NCBI RefSeq assembly: GCF_009914755.1
Contig: NC_060933.1
Strand: one strand, 5' to 3'
From: the human T2T-CHM13v2.0 reference genome, Homo sapiens
Length of the DNA: 64,000 nt
A model generated the notes under the pieces. The model made no database searches and was not told the origin of the DNA. It saw only the letters and a list, made by a program, of their open reading frames with translations. This document shows positions 1 through 14,569 of this stretch, piece after piece. Every line of letters starts with the position of its first letter. Position 1 is the first letter of the stretch. The translations under genes were made by a program, and so were the position numbers.

Positions 1-249
1 ATGGCTGTGGCCCACCTGATGTCCACATTCATAAAACTTTCTGGACTATACAATGAACATATCATTCTCTCTGCAGAGAGACTCAAAGGACGTACAGAAT
101 CTGAGCTTATCCTTCATTTGTTAGATGCATGAGCCCAATCAGAATACAAGTTCTCACATACCACATTTAAGTCACCTGGCAGCACTAGGCTGTGTACAGT
201 GTAAAGATACATTAGATGCTTTCAGAAACAGACGGGCTTCGGAATATTT

Positions 250-670
250 ATTCTTTTCCAGAGTGACAGATTCTGCCACATGGCTCTCCAGCTAGAAGAC
301 TACATTTCTTAGTCTCCCTTGAAGCTAGGTCATTGTAACTATGTTTTTGCCAAAGGAATGTGAACAGCAGTAATGTGGGCAGCCAGCCTAAAAGGTAACT
401 ACTTGCCCTGAACTTCTCTTTTTCTTTCCCTCAATCTTGAACAAGGACATGCAACCTGGCTTCTACTGTACTGATGAGGACAAAGCCTCAGGGGGATGGC
501 AGAGCAACAAGATGGAAAGAACCCGGGTCCCTGAATGACCTTGCGGAACAGAGTCATCCCACCAGCCCCAGACCAACCAGACTCTTATCAGAGAGAAAAA
601 TAAACTAGCTTATTTAAACCACTATATGTTAAAATCTCTAATTCAGCAGTTAAGCCTCTACTTAATACAT
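250..670. mobile_element. ancient MaLR LTR fragment (MLT1-like)
   Basis: Degenerate MLT1-type motifs (gatggcagagcaacaagatggaaagaacc..gggtccctgaatgac; gagagaaaaataaac..tatttaaaccact); boundaries approximate. Confidence 0.5.
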
Positions 671-719
671 TTCCCCAAATCCATTCTCTCCATCTTCTTT
701 AATACAATAATTCTGATTT

Positions 720-1135
720 TTGAACTGGGCATATTATGTCTCAGCTAATAGGCTCTATTTTACATCCTCCTTTGTACCTATGTGCAACCATATGATTAAG
801 TTGTGGCCAAAGAAGTATAAAAATTGTTATATGAAACTTCCGAGTAATCCCTTTATAAAGTAGTCAGTGACCTTCTTCCTGCTTCATTTTTCCCACTGTC
901 TAGAATGTGAACATAATGGCTGTAGCTCAAGCAGTTATTTTGAACCATGAAGTTACATGCTAAGAATTGTGAAGAAACAGAAGGGCAGGATCCAGAGACA
1001 CTGGTGACCAAGGAGCCTCCAGACCAGTTCTGGATTACCTATTTCTAGTTTTCTTTCTGTAAGAGAGAAACTTCTATCTTGTTGAAGCTATTAATGTTTG
1101 CTTGTTGTATACAGCTGAACTTAATCCTAACAACA
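720..1135. mobile_element. ancient MaLR LTR fragment (MLT1-like)
   Basis: MLT1-like end (aacttctatcttgttgaagcta..tgttgtatacagctgaacttaatcctaac); approximate. Confidence 0.5.
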
Positions 1136-1759
1136 GACACATCCACTAACAGATATGAGCTCCTGGGACTCAACACTTCAAACCCCAGCTTGATGGTTGG
1201 ATATCCCTCTTAGCAGAAGAAAAGGAAAGTCACTACTTCCCAAAGTTGCTTAAAGAGGCCAGTTTCCATTCCTTCTGACCACCATCCGCTTGGCTTTTGT
1301 GCTCGTTGAAGCAGCTCTACAGGGAGGCCCTTGGCTGACAAACTCCCAGTCTGCGGGCCCAGCAGGCCACAACAATGGTGGCTCGCACTAGGGGACCATA
1401 ACATATGTGGCGTCATAAAAGAGGAGGGATGGGAGTGGGGAGGCTGATGTGACCCAGCTCTGACGGGTCAGTGAGCAGGAACAGAATGCTACGAGGTGGG
1501 CGCTGGTCACTGCAAATTTAAGTCAATACAGACAGGGAGGAAATAAGGCAACCTCTCTCTTTAGGTTGGGGTTTTTCTGCTTCCCCCTAGCTGCCCTGGC
1601 CAGATGGCGGCCTCCTCCCCTATAACCCAACCCCAGGCGGCAAAGGTGGAAGCCAGATCTAAGAACTGGGGGAGCTTAGACTCAGCACCCACCCCTATCC
1701 ACAGCCTTGCAGAACTTGGATGACCCCTCCCTCTCCCAGCCTCACTCTCCCCATCTGTA

Positions 1760-2570
1760 AAGCGGGCGGCAGGCATTGACAGCTCTTTGGGCCTTTCCTC
1801 CAGGCCGGCGGAGGCCTGGGCACTGCGCTCCCCATCCTGGCCTCGCCTCTGCAAGAGCTGCCTCCACGGACATCTTTTCCGACCCCCTCCCCCTCCCTCG
1901 CCCCCTCTCCTCGTTCCCCCGATCCTCGGTCCCCCACCCCCGGTCTCCCCTCCCGCAACCCCTCGCCCTCCCGCAGCCTCACCCTCCTCCGACAGGTAGC
2001 GCAGGTCGTAGAACTCCCCCGCGAAGGTGCCGTAGGAGGAGTCGTGGCGCGGCACCGCCTCGTCGGCGCCCGTGTCCCCCCGCGCGCGTCCCCGGGGTCC
2101 CCGGCCCCCCGGGCCCGCACCGTCGTCCGCGGGGCTGGCTGCGCAGGCGGCGGGCCCCGTCAGTAGCAGCAGGAGCAGCGACGCCCAGACCCCCGGGTGC
2201 TGCCGGGGCGGCCGCGCCATCGCTGCGCACAGATCCCGCAGCCAGGCCGCTCGGGCCGCAGCGGGGGCGCCGCGGGCGCGGGCCGGGACTGAGCCTCCGC
2301 CGAGGCCACCAGCACGCGCCCGCGCAGCCGCGGAGCCTCCCGCACCCCCGCCTCCCTGCCTCGGTCTGCGCATCCTCGCTCCAGCACCGCAGCCTCCCCC
2401 TTCTTCTTGGAACCCCCCTCCTCCCCGCACCGATCTCTCCTTCCTAGCAGCTTCCCTTCTACCGTCCTTCTTTCCATTCTCCCCATCTCCCCGACTTCCC
2501 TCCACGCAGGCAGATTTGGCCCTTCTGGCCCCTTGCTACTCCGGAGTGTGGTCCGCGGACCGGCAGCATC
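1760..2570 (-). promoter_or_regulatory. FRRS1L: CpG island / FRRS1L promoter and first exon
   Basis: Very GC-rich, CpG-dense stretch spanning exon 1, in contrast to CpG-depleted flanks. Confidence 0.85.
1983..2220 (-). CDS. FRRS1L: FRRS1L exon 1 coding part (signal peptide and N-terminus of ferric chelate reductase 1-like; AMPA receptor assembly factor)
   Basis: Translates [80 protein letters not shown], recognised as FRRS1L; ATG at 2220-2218 in a strong context (gcgATGg); phase-1 donor G|GTGAG after 1983; an upstream in-frame ATG at 2373 adds 51 aa. Remaining exons lie left of the window. Confidence 0.95.
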
Positions 2571-2695
2571 AGCATCACCTGGAAGCTTGTTAGCATCGCT
2601 GAGGCCCCACTCCAGACCCATGAAGCGGGATGTTCATTTCATCAAAATTCCCAGGAGATCCCAATGCACGTTCAATTTATGAAACGCTCCTCTAG
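2533..2695. mobile_element. MER5A-like hAT-Charlie DNA transposon
   Basis: gtgtggtccgcggaccggcagcatcagcatcacctggaagcttgttag is the MER5A motif. Confidence 0.65.
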
Positions 2696-4226
2696 AGAGT
2701 TTACCCTGGACACACCTGGTCAGTGCTGCCTCCTCAACCTTGTGCCGGCACTTTTTGGTTTACATAAAGCACTTGCTAGACCTATTATTTCTTGGATCAT
2801 CACAGAAGGAACTTGAAATTGCAAGACCCCCACAATAGAGCTAGGTAAACTGAGGTGTTTAGAGACAGAGAAAACTGGATTCACCTGCTTCCTCTCCAGG
2901 CTCTTGCGGTGTGTAATCAACAGAGGCTGGTGCCAGTAGGTAACCTGTTCCCCTTCAAAACTAGGCTTCTGGTTTACTCTCTTTCCCTGCAGCAAGCACG
3001 CGCAGGCCTTGGAAGGCCCACACCGTATCTGAGGGCCATGCTGAATTGTTGATTTTTCTCAAATCCATTCCTGCTGCTTGCAGTTCACTTTTGGCTATTT
3101 ACTCAGCCATCCATTGATTCACACCAAGCATTTGCTTTATGGCAGGTCCCAGGGTTCTCTTTTGATGATGGTTGTTGGGGTGATATATTCGAATTGCTAA
3201 GCTGTTTTCCATCAGAGAGGCGGACGCAATTCCTTTCAGGCTGGTGTTGCAGAGCCAGCATTTTAACCTGCTTTTCCTATTTTATTATTTTATTTTATTG
3301 CATAAACAAAATAATTATGGAGGCAGAAAAGCATAGAGGTCCCAAATGCAGACCTAGAAGTCAGACTGCCTGATCTCTCATGATTAGTCATTGACATGAT
3401 GCAATGAAGATTAGGGAAGATCATAGAGGTAAGGATCAATAGGGTTCAGTGCTGTAAGTGGCATGCACACATGTACACAATATTGTGAAATGTTAATATT
3501 CAAAAGGAAACTAGTGATCTTAACCCTTTATGGCCTGATTGGCTGAGAGATAAGGGTAGTGCTGTTGAAACAGGGGAGACATGATGGGGGACTTAGAAGT
3601 CAGGTATTTTCTATTAGGTATCAGCTAACAGTGGGCTGTCCAACTGGAATTTAAACATATTAATCCTGATGGCTGAATTGAGGTGTAATTCATGAAAACC
3701 TTGGGCTTCACTAGGTCCCCCAACATAGCAGTTGTCACAAAAAATAGATCAGATTATTTGAAAAAGGTAAGATGAACTATGATTACTTTAAAAACTCAAG
3801 AGACTTCTTCCCAAAAAGCATAGCGTGGCAATGCATAACATTCTAAAAAAGCTGATCCAACAGATTGAAAATCTGTTAAAGTGTAGTCCTTCAAAAAAAA
3901 AAAAAAAACAAAAACAAAAACAAAAACCTTAAACCTTTCTTAAAAATTAAAATTTCTTTATTTTCTTTTCTTCTCTTTCTGTTCACCAGGGAAGGTATGG
4001 TCAACTTAGAATGGACCAAAGTTTAGCCAAAAAAATAAAGCATTAGACTTTTGATTTCAGTGTAGATTCTCTGGTTTGGGAATACAAGCTTTTACCTCTT
4101 ACTTTCCTTTTTATTCCCTTCATTTTGGTTACTGAAATTAACAATAACGGTGCCCAAATAGAAGGCAAATGAAAACCAGGCCATTCTTCTCCGAGTAAAT
4201 TAATCTGATATAAAAACACGTGGGCA

Positions 4227-4616
<390 letters not shown>

Positions 4617-4821
4617 TTACAACTACAGCCTAAAATGAAGTTTGCAGGTAAACTGTGGATTTCAATTCTCTCTCTACTCATGTAGACTCACAGGGGGCCA
4701 CAGATAGGCTTCAGGGGTGATATGAGGACCTTATGAAAGTGCTGGAATAATGTTGTGATGTATGGGTTTTTCTAGGGAGAAAACCCATAGCTTTTTTTAT
4801 GAATTATTTTTTCCATGTTCA

Positions 4822-5090
4822 ACTTTTTTTTTAATTTACTTTAAGTTCTGGGATACATGTGCAAAATGTACAGGTTTGTTACATAGGTATACATGTGCCA
4901 TGGTGGTTTGCTGTACCCATCAACCCGTCATCTAGGTTTTAAGCCTGCATGCGTTAGGTATTTGTCCTAATGCTCTCCCTCCCCTTGCCTCACCCCCCAC
5001 AACATGCCTCGGTGTGTGATGTTCCCCTCCCTGTGTCCATGTGTTCTCACTGTTCAACTCCCACTTATGAGTGAGAACATGCAGTGTTTG
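4822..5090 (-). mobile_element. 5'-truncated L1PA 3' end
   Basis: L1PA 3' UTR reverse complement (tttaagttctgggatacatgtgc..gagtgagaacatgcagtgtttgg); TSD-like gaaaacc(c/t)atagctttt at about 4779 and 5092. Confidence 0.85.
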
Positions 5091-5694
5091 GGAAAACCTA
5101 TAGCTTTTATGGGTCACTCAAGCCTTATGCCTTTTCAGGGCCCAGCAACCTATTCGGCTCCTTCCATTTCATGAGATTCTCTCCCATCCACTCAAATTGC
5201 CTTTGGGGATTTTCTTTCTCTTCATGTTTTCTGACACGATTTAAGTCCTGGAAAGAGTGGAGGCAGACCTATTCCAACCTTAAGCACATGCTCCCCTCTT
5301 AGTTACATCCTAGGTTTGCAGAGACCCTCTGTTCCCCACCAATGTGACTCTACAGAACAGCTAAGAAATACTGTAGTTTCCTCTACTGTGCAAATTTTCT
5401 GGGGAGGAACTTTGCCTGAACATTCTGAGACCACTGGCTGTACAAGAGCTGGCCACTCAAACAAAAACTTAGAGATGAACCAGATTTAAATTCATTTTCA
5501 TTTTAAAAAGAAAGACAGTACCTTTATTTTCTCTCCACCTCAAAGCAATTTCTCTGACACAACCTTTTTTGCGATTAAAAACTCCCAAAATCATTGCTGC
5601 ATCTTGGTATCTGATGAGTAACCGATTTGCCCAGGCTTCTGACTGTCTAGTATATATAATTTTTCACTTTGGATTTTGTAAGAAATAAAAGCTG

Positions 5695-6580
<886 letters not shown>

Positions 6581-7054
6581 GTAATTTTTGAGATGGTGAA
6601 AGATAAATATGATACCAGAATATTCCTCTGCTATATTCCTGGGGAATATAAAATTCTGGGTGCATGCAAGTGGGATCTTCTGAATGCCCTAGGATCTCAA
6701 ACTCTTCAAACATAGAATTTCCTATGCAGTTTACAATCCATAAAGCTGTGGGTTGCAGGTTTCCCAGACCCCTTGCAATAACCTTCCATGCCTACTGGGA
6801 ATCTGCATCCTACAGTTTGGAGCCCTAGCTCTGGAATGACTATGTCAGTAAGCTGATTGTTTCCCCCGGACATAAGGTGTGTGTTGTGTGCCCATATAGT
6901 GCTGTTGTTTGGGTTTAAAATATATAAAAAATGTGAAACAATTGCGCCAATTCATTTTCATCCCTATGAATCCATCCAGCACAATTTCATCTTCTCAGTC
7001 ACAATGCCAAGCACCCATCATTCACTTAAATAGGCAAATAACCAGGACAACTGC

Positions 7055-9634
7055 TGAAACCATGGAATCCTCTTATTTTACTGGTTAGAGGTGAGCTGCC
7101 AAAGGTACTGGGTTTCAAATACAGTAACAGCCAACTTGTTTGTGGTCAGACTTCCAGTGACGTCAACCTTCAGAAACTTCAACATCTGTGAACTCTGGGG
7201 GAAGCGGGGAAGAAGCAGGAAGCCCAGAGCCTCCTGGAAACACTGGCCAAAAAGCCCATGCATCCCTTCTTGGAAGCCAAGCAGATCTGACACATAGGAA
7301 ATACTGGCTTTCCTGGCTTCCCCAAGAAACCTTCAGCTTTGCCCTGGAGGTTTCCATCAGCGAGCAGGAGGTGAAGAGCAGAAGCCTCAGAAAGCAGGTT
7401 AGAAGAGGAAGAGGGTGCTGGGTTGGCAAGAAGTGACAGCCCCATATTGTACGGGAACATATTTTGTATCATGTGCACAAGATAAAGAACAGCTAAAGCT
7501 GTTTTAAAAGTATAGCCGGGGGACATAGGGGTAAAAGGACCCAAACGCTACAATTGCCCCGGATAGCTCCACTGACAGAGCAGAGAGCAGTAAAAAACCA
7601 TCAGTGAGAACAGCATAATATCCTATAAAAGGCCAAGCCAAGCCCTACACATATTGATAGCTCTTAATGATATCACTGCACCGTACCAAGGTATAAAAGG
7701 GGCTGATGTTTATAATCATGACCATGACTCATCAAGAAAAGGTTAAATACTCTCCAGTATACTCTGTTTACTAAGGCAGGGAAGTGCGTAATACATTTTA
7801 GAAAGATTTCCCTCAAAAAAAAATATATTAAAATTTTAAAGATTCAGCACTTAAAGGGTTAATCCTCGGTTATCTGAATATTCACATACATTCCTCATTT
7901 TACAACAATACTAGTAAATGAGGCATTACCTTTTTTTGTAGTCATTAGTATCAAATTATTGGCACCATTCAGTTTTAAGGAGAGGGGCAGGAGAGCAAAC
8001 TATACAATATAACATAAAAATACAGTTCTGATACAAATATATGAGATCAGTTCCTCTTAACAAGTGGTCATAAGAAATGAATGAACATTTTACACACAAG
8101 GAAATACAACTAGTAAATCATCACATGGAAAAGTGCTCAGCCTTGCTAGCAATTAATGAAATAAAACAACTCTTCAAGAACAACTATACATACCTATTAA
8201 ACTAGCAAAAATAAATAAAAATGGCAAAACCCAATACTGGCAGAGCTATTGGTAAACAGAAATGCTTATACATTGCTGGTGGCATCATAAATTGTCGAGG
8301 GGATTCAAGCATTCAGAGGGGGTGGGGAGGCTAAACTAGATGACCTTTAAGGTCCTTCCAACCCAAAGATTGGATCTTTCTAGAAAGCAATCTGGCAATA
8401 TAAAACAAGAGCTATAAAATACTTCATGCTCTTTGACCTTGTAATCCCTCTTTGGAGATATTCCTAAGGGAATAATCCAAAAGAAGGAGCAGTTTTTTTT
8501 TTTTACAGACATTCATAGCAGCACTATTTATAAGAGTGAAAAATTAGATATAACTCAAATATCTAATAATGGGGTGAAGTGAGGTTACCCATGTAACATG
8601 GATATAAAGACATTTAAATTGGTGAGAGTAGAATCTGTGTTGACAAGAGGAGACAAGTGTTAGGCCGAGAAGTAAAACAAAGGAGAATGTACACAACGAT
8701 CATAGCTATGTAAAAATATGTGTGTATTCATTGAGAAAGCTAGGGAACTAATTTAGAGGGATATTTTGTGGTTAGGGGGTTGCTTTATTCCTGCAAAGTT
8801 GTTCAAGTGCATTAATAAAAATTTAAAAACACATTTCTTGAAACTATATAAAAAGAGCAAAATTTCTTCTGGTCAAGATTCTATCAATACGACATGAATC
8901 GATCAACTTTAGAAATAATTTTCTGAATATTCTTGATATTGAATCATCTTAACCTTGTAAGGATTTTTAGACAATGTAAGCTATCATTTCCTACTTTGGG
9001 TTCAATGATAAATTCTGTTTATTCCAAATAATATCATATCCAAGGAGTTCACAAGTTAAATTATATTTCAGATTAAGCTGAAGTACCTTCAGTCATAGTG
9101 ATATGTAACTTTCTTTTTTTAGTTCTTCTACTCACATCTGAATACAAATGAATGTTAAAGACTTTATAAGATCTGTGTATTTATCAGTGTAAATGAAAAA
9201 CCAGCAATAAAGAATTATTCTTTCATTAAAAATGACTCTTTAACAAACAGTCAAAGCTCGGTGCAAGTTTCAATCATACAAAATCAAATGGTTGAAATTG
9301 ATAGTAAAAGATCCTACATCATATTAACCCCTGTGGTTATTAACAGATACACACAGGTACTTCTGAAAAGGAATCCCGTTTTCCCATCTTTCTTTTCCTA
9401 GACTTATCAAATCCTGTCTCAACTACATAGAGTAATAGAAAAACTCTAATGCTTAGGAGACATAAAATAACTTTTCCCATAAAAGTCAAGCCAGAAATTG
9501 GCTTCAACTAACCATGGAGACCTGGGCGAACAAAGCACACACTTGTATGCTGTGCTAGAGTGAGCACACAAAGCCCGAAGAAAGAAGACGGACAGAAGGC
9601 ACCATGCCATCTTCCAGGTGACAAGGGGAGAATT
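7055..9634 (-). other. EPB41L4B: EPB41L4B long-isoform 3' UTR (distal end approximate)
   Basis: Follows the TGA at 9637-9635; AATAAA on minus at 9023-9018 and 8789-8784; variant AATAAG near 7077-7072 followed by GT-rich sequence. The distal end is inferred, partly from recalled annotation. Confidence 0.55.
8060..8830 (+). mobile_element. degenerate L1ME-type fragments (with a short MIR piece) inside the EPB41L4B 3' UTR
   Basis: L1 ORF2/3' like phrases (acattgctggtggca..taaattg; aaagcaatctggcaata..ctttgacc..gtaatccct). Confidence 0.5.
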
Positions 9635-9704
9635 TCACAGTTCGGTCATCAACAGTCTTTTCATCATCTTCTCTCTCTCCAGTTCCTGCCGGAGTGTCTC
9701 TGCA
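9635..9704 (-). CDS. EPB41L4B: EPB41L4B terminal coding exon ([S]AETLRQELEREKMMKRLLMTEL*)
   Basis: Acceptor tttttttag at 9705, phase 2, TGA 9637-9635; matches the EHM2/Lulu2 C-terminus. Confidence 0.95.
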
Positions 9705-9862
9705 CTAAAAAAAAGTATGTGACAAAATAGTGAGACAATCCCTCAAAAATTGCAGAAGCAGACAGCTTAAGTATCATCTCCCAGGTTCTTTCCTGATCTC
9801 AGTGTTGGACTTTCTTTTTTAGACTCCTTGAGGACTATCTACATTTGCTAGCATTTCAGTGA

Positions 9863-10315
<453 letters not shown>

Positions 10316-10546
10316 TGAAGATGTCCAGGGGTTAGATTTATTTAAATCATGTTTTAAATTGGTTTCATGTGCATTTTCTCCCAGGCTTTCATTTGATGAA
10401 TATCTGAGGGAATGTTGTAACAAATAATTAATTATATTTTAATGAATCAAATTGAATGAAGTAAAATTGGCTGTTTTGAGAAGTTGCCTCTGACTTTTTG
10501 GACCTCAGGTCCAGTTGCATATCTATGTAACCTGTCTCCACTGTTT

Positions 10547-10548
<2 letters not shown>

Positions 10549-10587
<39 letters not shown>
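10549..10587. repeat. (CA)n microsatellite
   Basis: About 19 perfect CA units. Confidence 0.95.
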
Positions 10588-10592
<5 letters not shown>

Positions 10593-10607
10593 AATACACA
10601 TCTTTTC

Positions 10608-10744
10608 ATTGTTTTTAGTTAGAGATGGGGCCTTGCTATGTTGCCCAGGCTGGACTTGAACTCCTGAACTCCTGGCCTCAACTCATCCTCCCACCTCTGC
10701 CTCCTGAGTAGCTGGGATGACAGGCACGAGCCACCATGCCTGGC
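10608..10744 (-). mobile_element. Alu monomer (FLAM-like)
   Basis: Left-monomer Alu; TSD aaatacacatcttt. Confidence 0.8.
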
Positions 10745-11113
10745 AAAATACACATCTTTAAAGGCACTAACCAAGTTTAATAATTTCATTCAGGGTAGAA
10801 AACAAAGTTTCTACTGTAGCCAACAAGGCCCTACGCAGTCTGGCCTTAACCCACAACTTCACAGGCCTCCTCTATTGTCATTCACTCTGCTCTGGCCACG
10901 CTGGCCCCTTAAACTTCCTTAACCATGTCAGGCACATGCTTCCTCAGGAGCCTTAGCACTGGCTGGTTGCTCTGCGCAGTACTCCTCCCAGGTATCTGCA
11001 ACTTTCTCTATAGCCCTTTTCAGGGCTCTGCTTAAATGCCACCTCATTGAGGCCATCCCAGAATACCTTATTGCCATTCACAATTTCATTTTCCTCCCTA
11101 TCCCTTGTCAATA

Positions 11114-11114
<1 letters not shown>

Positions 11115-11153
<39 letters not shown>
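11115..11153. repeat. (CA)n microsatellite
   Basis: About 19 CA units. Confidence 0.95.
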
Positions 11154-11155
<2 letters not shown>

Positions 11156-11195
11156 ATTTGTTGTCTATCTCCTCTAACAGCCTACCCTTGTAAAC

Positions 11196-11467
11196 ATTTT
11201 TTTTTTTTTGAGGCAAAGTCTCACTCTGTTGCCCAGGCTGGAGTGCAGTGGTGCAATCTCAGCTCACTGAAACCTCCACCTACTGGGTTCAAGTGATTCT
11301 CCTGCCTCAGCCTCCCAAGTAGCTGGAATTACAGGTGTGCACCACCACGCCTGGCTAATTTTAGTAGAGATGGGGTTTCACCATGTTAGCCAGGCTGGTC
11401 TTGAACTCCTGACTTCAAGGGATCCTCCCTTGTGCTGGGATTACAGATGAGAGCCACCGCACCTGGC
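11196..11467 (-). mobile_element. AluS with small internal deletions
   Basis: Antisense Alu. Confidence 0.85.
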
Positions 11468-11614
11468 CCCTTTATAGACATTTCAATAAATACTTACAGA
11501 ATAAATGAAAGAATGTAGGAAAGGCCTGTACGTGTCACAAACACAATGAACCTAGAGTCTCCCTGGTTTCCCTGTCACCAGAATTACCTGTCGGAACCTG
11601 CTGACCTGACCTAC

Positions 11615-11760
11615 CTGGCTGCCAGAGAAACAGGTTTCCGGGTGGTGTAAATGGTCTGCACTGTGGAGACGGTCTCTGTCAAAGGCCTCAGGGTCGCTGC
11701 TGGGATCAGTGGGGAAGTCGGGCCAGGACAGCACTGTAATTTACTGTCTCTGAAGTCTGC
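11615..11760 (-). CDS. EPB41L4B: EPB41L4B penultimate exon (ADFRDSKLQCCPGPTSPLIPAATLRPLTETVSTVQTIYTTRKPVSLAA-S)
   Basis: ctccag acceptor, CAG|GTAGGT donor, 146 nt, phase 0 to 2. Confidence 0.95.
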
Positions 11761-11889
11761 CTGGAGAAGAAACAGGAAAGAGGAGATCAATCTCAATTTG
11801 GGTTCCATTTTCACACTGTCAGTTGCTCCCTAAGCCTTACTCTACAGTTCCTGTTCCTTTTCACTACCAGCTAAAATCGATTGTCATTT

Positions 11890-12280
11890 TAAGTGATTTT
11901 ACTTTGTGCCAGACACCATGCTAAGTACTTGACACATATTAACTCTTGACAACCCTTTAAGGTAGCGATTATATTTCCTTACATCTTAGGCACCATCAGT
12001 TGTAAGATGCACCATTTTTGCATTTGCCAATCAGAAAGAAACATGTAGCCATTTAAACTTTGTCATGCCCACTATCAAACTTTGTCATGCCCAGTAGTAA
12101 ACATTCTGATATCGGGAAATGTTAAAAGGTGAAAACAAATGTATATTTTAAAACTGATTTTATGGGGGAAAGTGAGGCTCAGAGAGGTTAAGTAATCTGC
12201 CCAAGGTCACACAGTTAGTAAGTGTTAAGAACAGTACTGAGAACCAGGGCTAGCTGACACCATAACTGGGGTTTTTCATT
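11890..12280 (+). mobile_element. MIR interrupted by a small Tc2/MER104-like DNA element
   Basis: MIR core gaggctcagagaggttaagtaatctgcccaaggtcacacag; the insert at about 11970-12160 contains gttgtaagatgcacca. Confidence 0.55.
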
Positions 12281-12284
12281 ACTG

Positions 12285-12490
12285 TAGCAGTGGTTCCCAA
12301 AGTATGGGCCCCAGACTAGCAGCATCAGCATTATCTTAAAACTTGGTAAAAATGCAAATTCTCAGGCCTCACCCAAGACCACTGGGACCCAAGAATGCCT
12401 GGGGATGAAGTCCAACAATACGTGTTTCAACAAGACCTCCAGGTGATTCTTCTGGAGGAATTACAATAAAGCTTCAGAACTACTGGTCTA
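12285..12490. mobile_element. MER5A-like DNA transposon
   Basis: cagtggttcccaaagt..agcagcatcagcat..aaatgcaaattctcaggcc..cagaactactg. Confidence 0.7.
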
Positions 12491-12581
12491 GAGTATACTG
12501 TCTCATTTGGAGAGGATAATATATTCTTGTCATTTTCATTATATAGCAAACTATTCTGTTTACTTGTATATAGAAAGCTTA

Positions 12582-12898
<317 letters not shown>

Positions 12899-12989
12899 GT
12901 AGATCAATGAAGAAATTCCATAATTCCTTACTGTTGCCATCAGTATATTTCCTCACAGGTTCTCTCTCTCTTCCTCTCTTTCTCTCTCT

Positions 12990-13352
<363 letters not shown>

Positions 13353-13449
13353 TAGATTTTTCATGCTAGTTCTTGGCCCTGACCTTGGAGAAACTTATTA
13401 CATGAGTTTCTAAAGAAGACACTCTGATCATCAAATGAGCAGTATCTTC

Positions 13450-14090
<641 letters not shown>

Positions 14091-14569
14091 GGAAATGAAT
14101 GAGTGAATGAATGAACAAGCTTCCACTGGAACAAAGCAGGTAACAGAAGGACAGAGCCAGATTAGAAAGAAGCATGTAGAGCAGAAATCTGGCCAGAGCC
14201 AGGCAGGGCTCCCCACCCTAGATGGACCAACATACTCGGCTGAGTATGAGCAGAGACCCAGTTAATACACCTGAATACAAAGTAGAAACTGGTTTTGGGA
14301 TCAAGCAAGAGCCCAGCTGTTGAAACCCAGCTCCATCAATGCTAGATCGACTGCCAGACCAACTTTGTGCAGAGCTTCCCAGCGCTGCTAAACAACCCCT
14401 GTCACTGTCGCCAGGATAGGTCTGGAGGCCTGTGGAGAGGCCAAACCTGCAGAAAGTTCAAGTGTCATGATCTTGGCAGGAAGGAGATGAGAACACTACA
14501 CACAGGGGTGAGAAAATTGAGAAGCTGAAGCCCATGAGCTTGGCTTCTGTTACCATCTACCTGTCACTG

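Noticed and set aside
1561-2682. Several long overlapping ORFs on both strands, including the 314-aa minus ORF
   Set aside because: Stop-codon scarcity in a GC-rich CpG island; only 1983-2220 (or 2373) is FRRS1L coding, and the rest runs into intron or promoter
7078-7544. Cluster of 68-121 aa ORFs
   Set aside because: Inside the EPB41L4B 3' UTR; no recognisable protein or splice context
12055-12092. 16-bp direct repeat aaactttgtcatgccc
   Set aside because: Ordinary small slippage duplication within a transposon remnant
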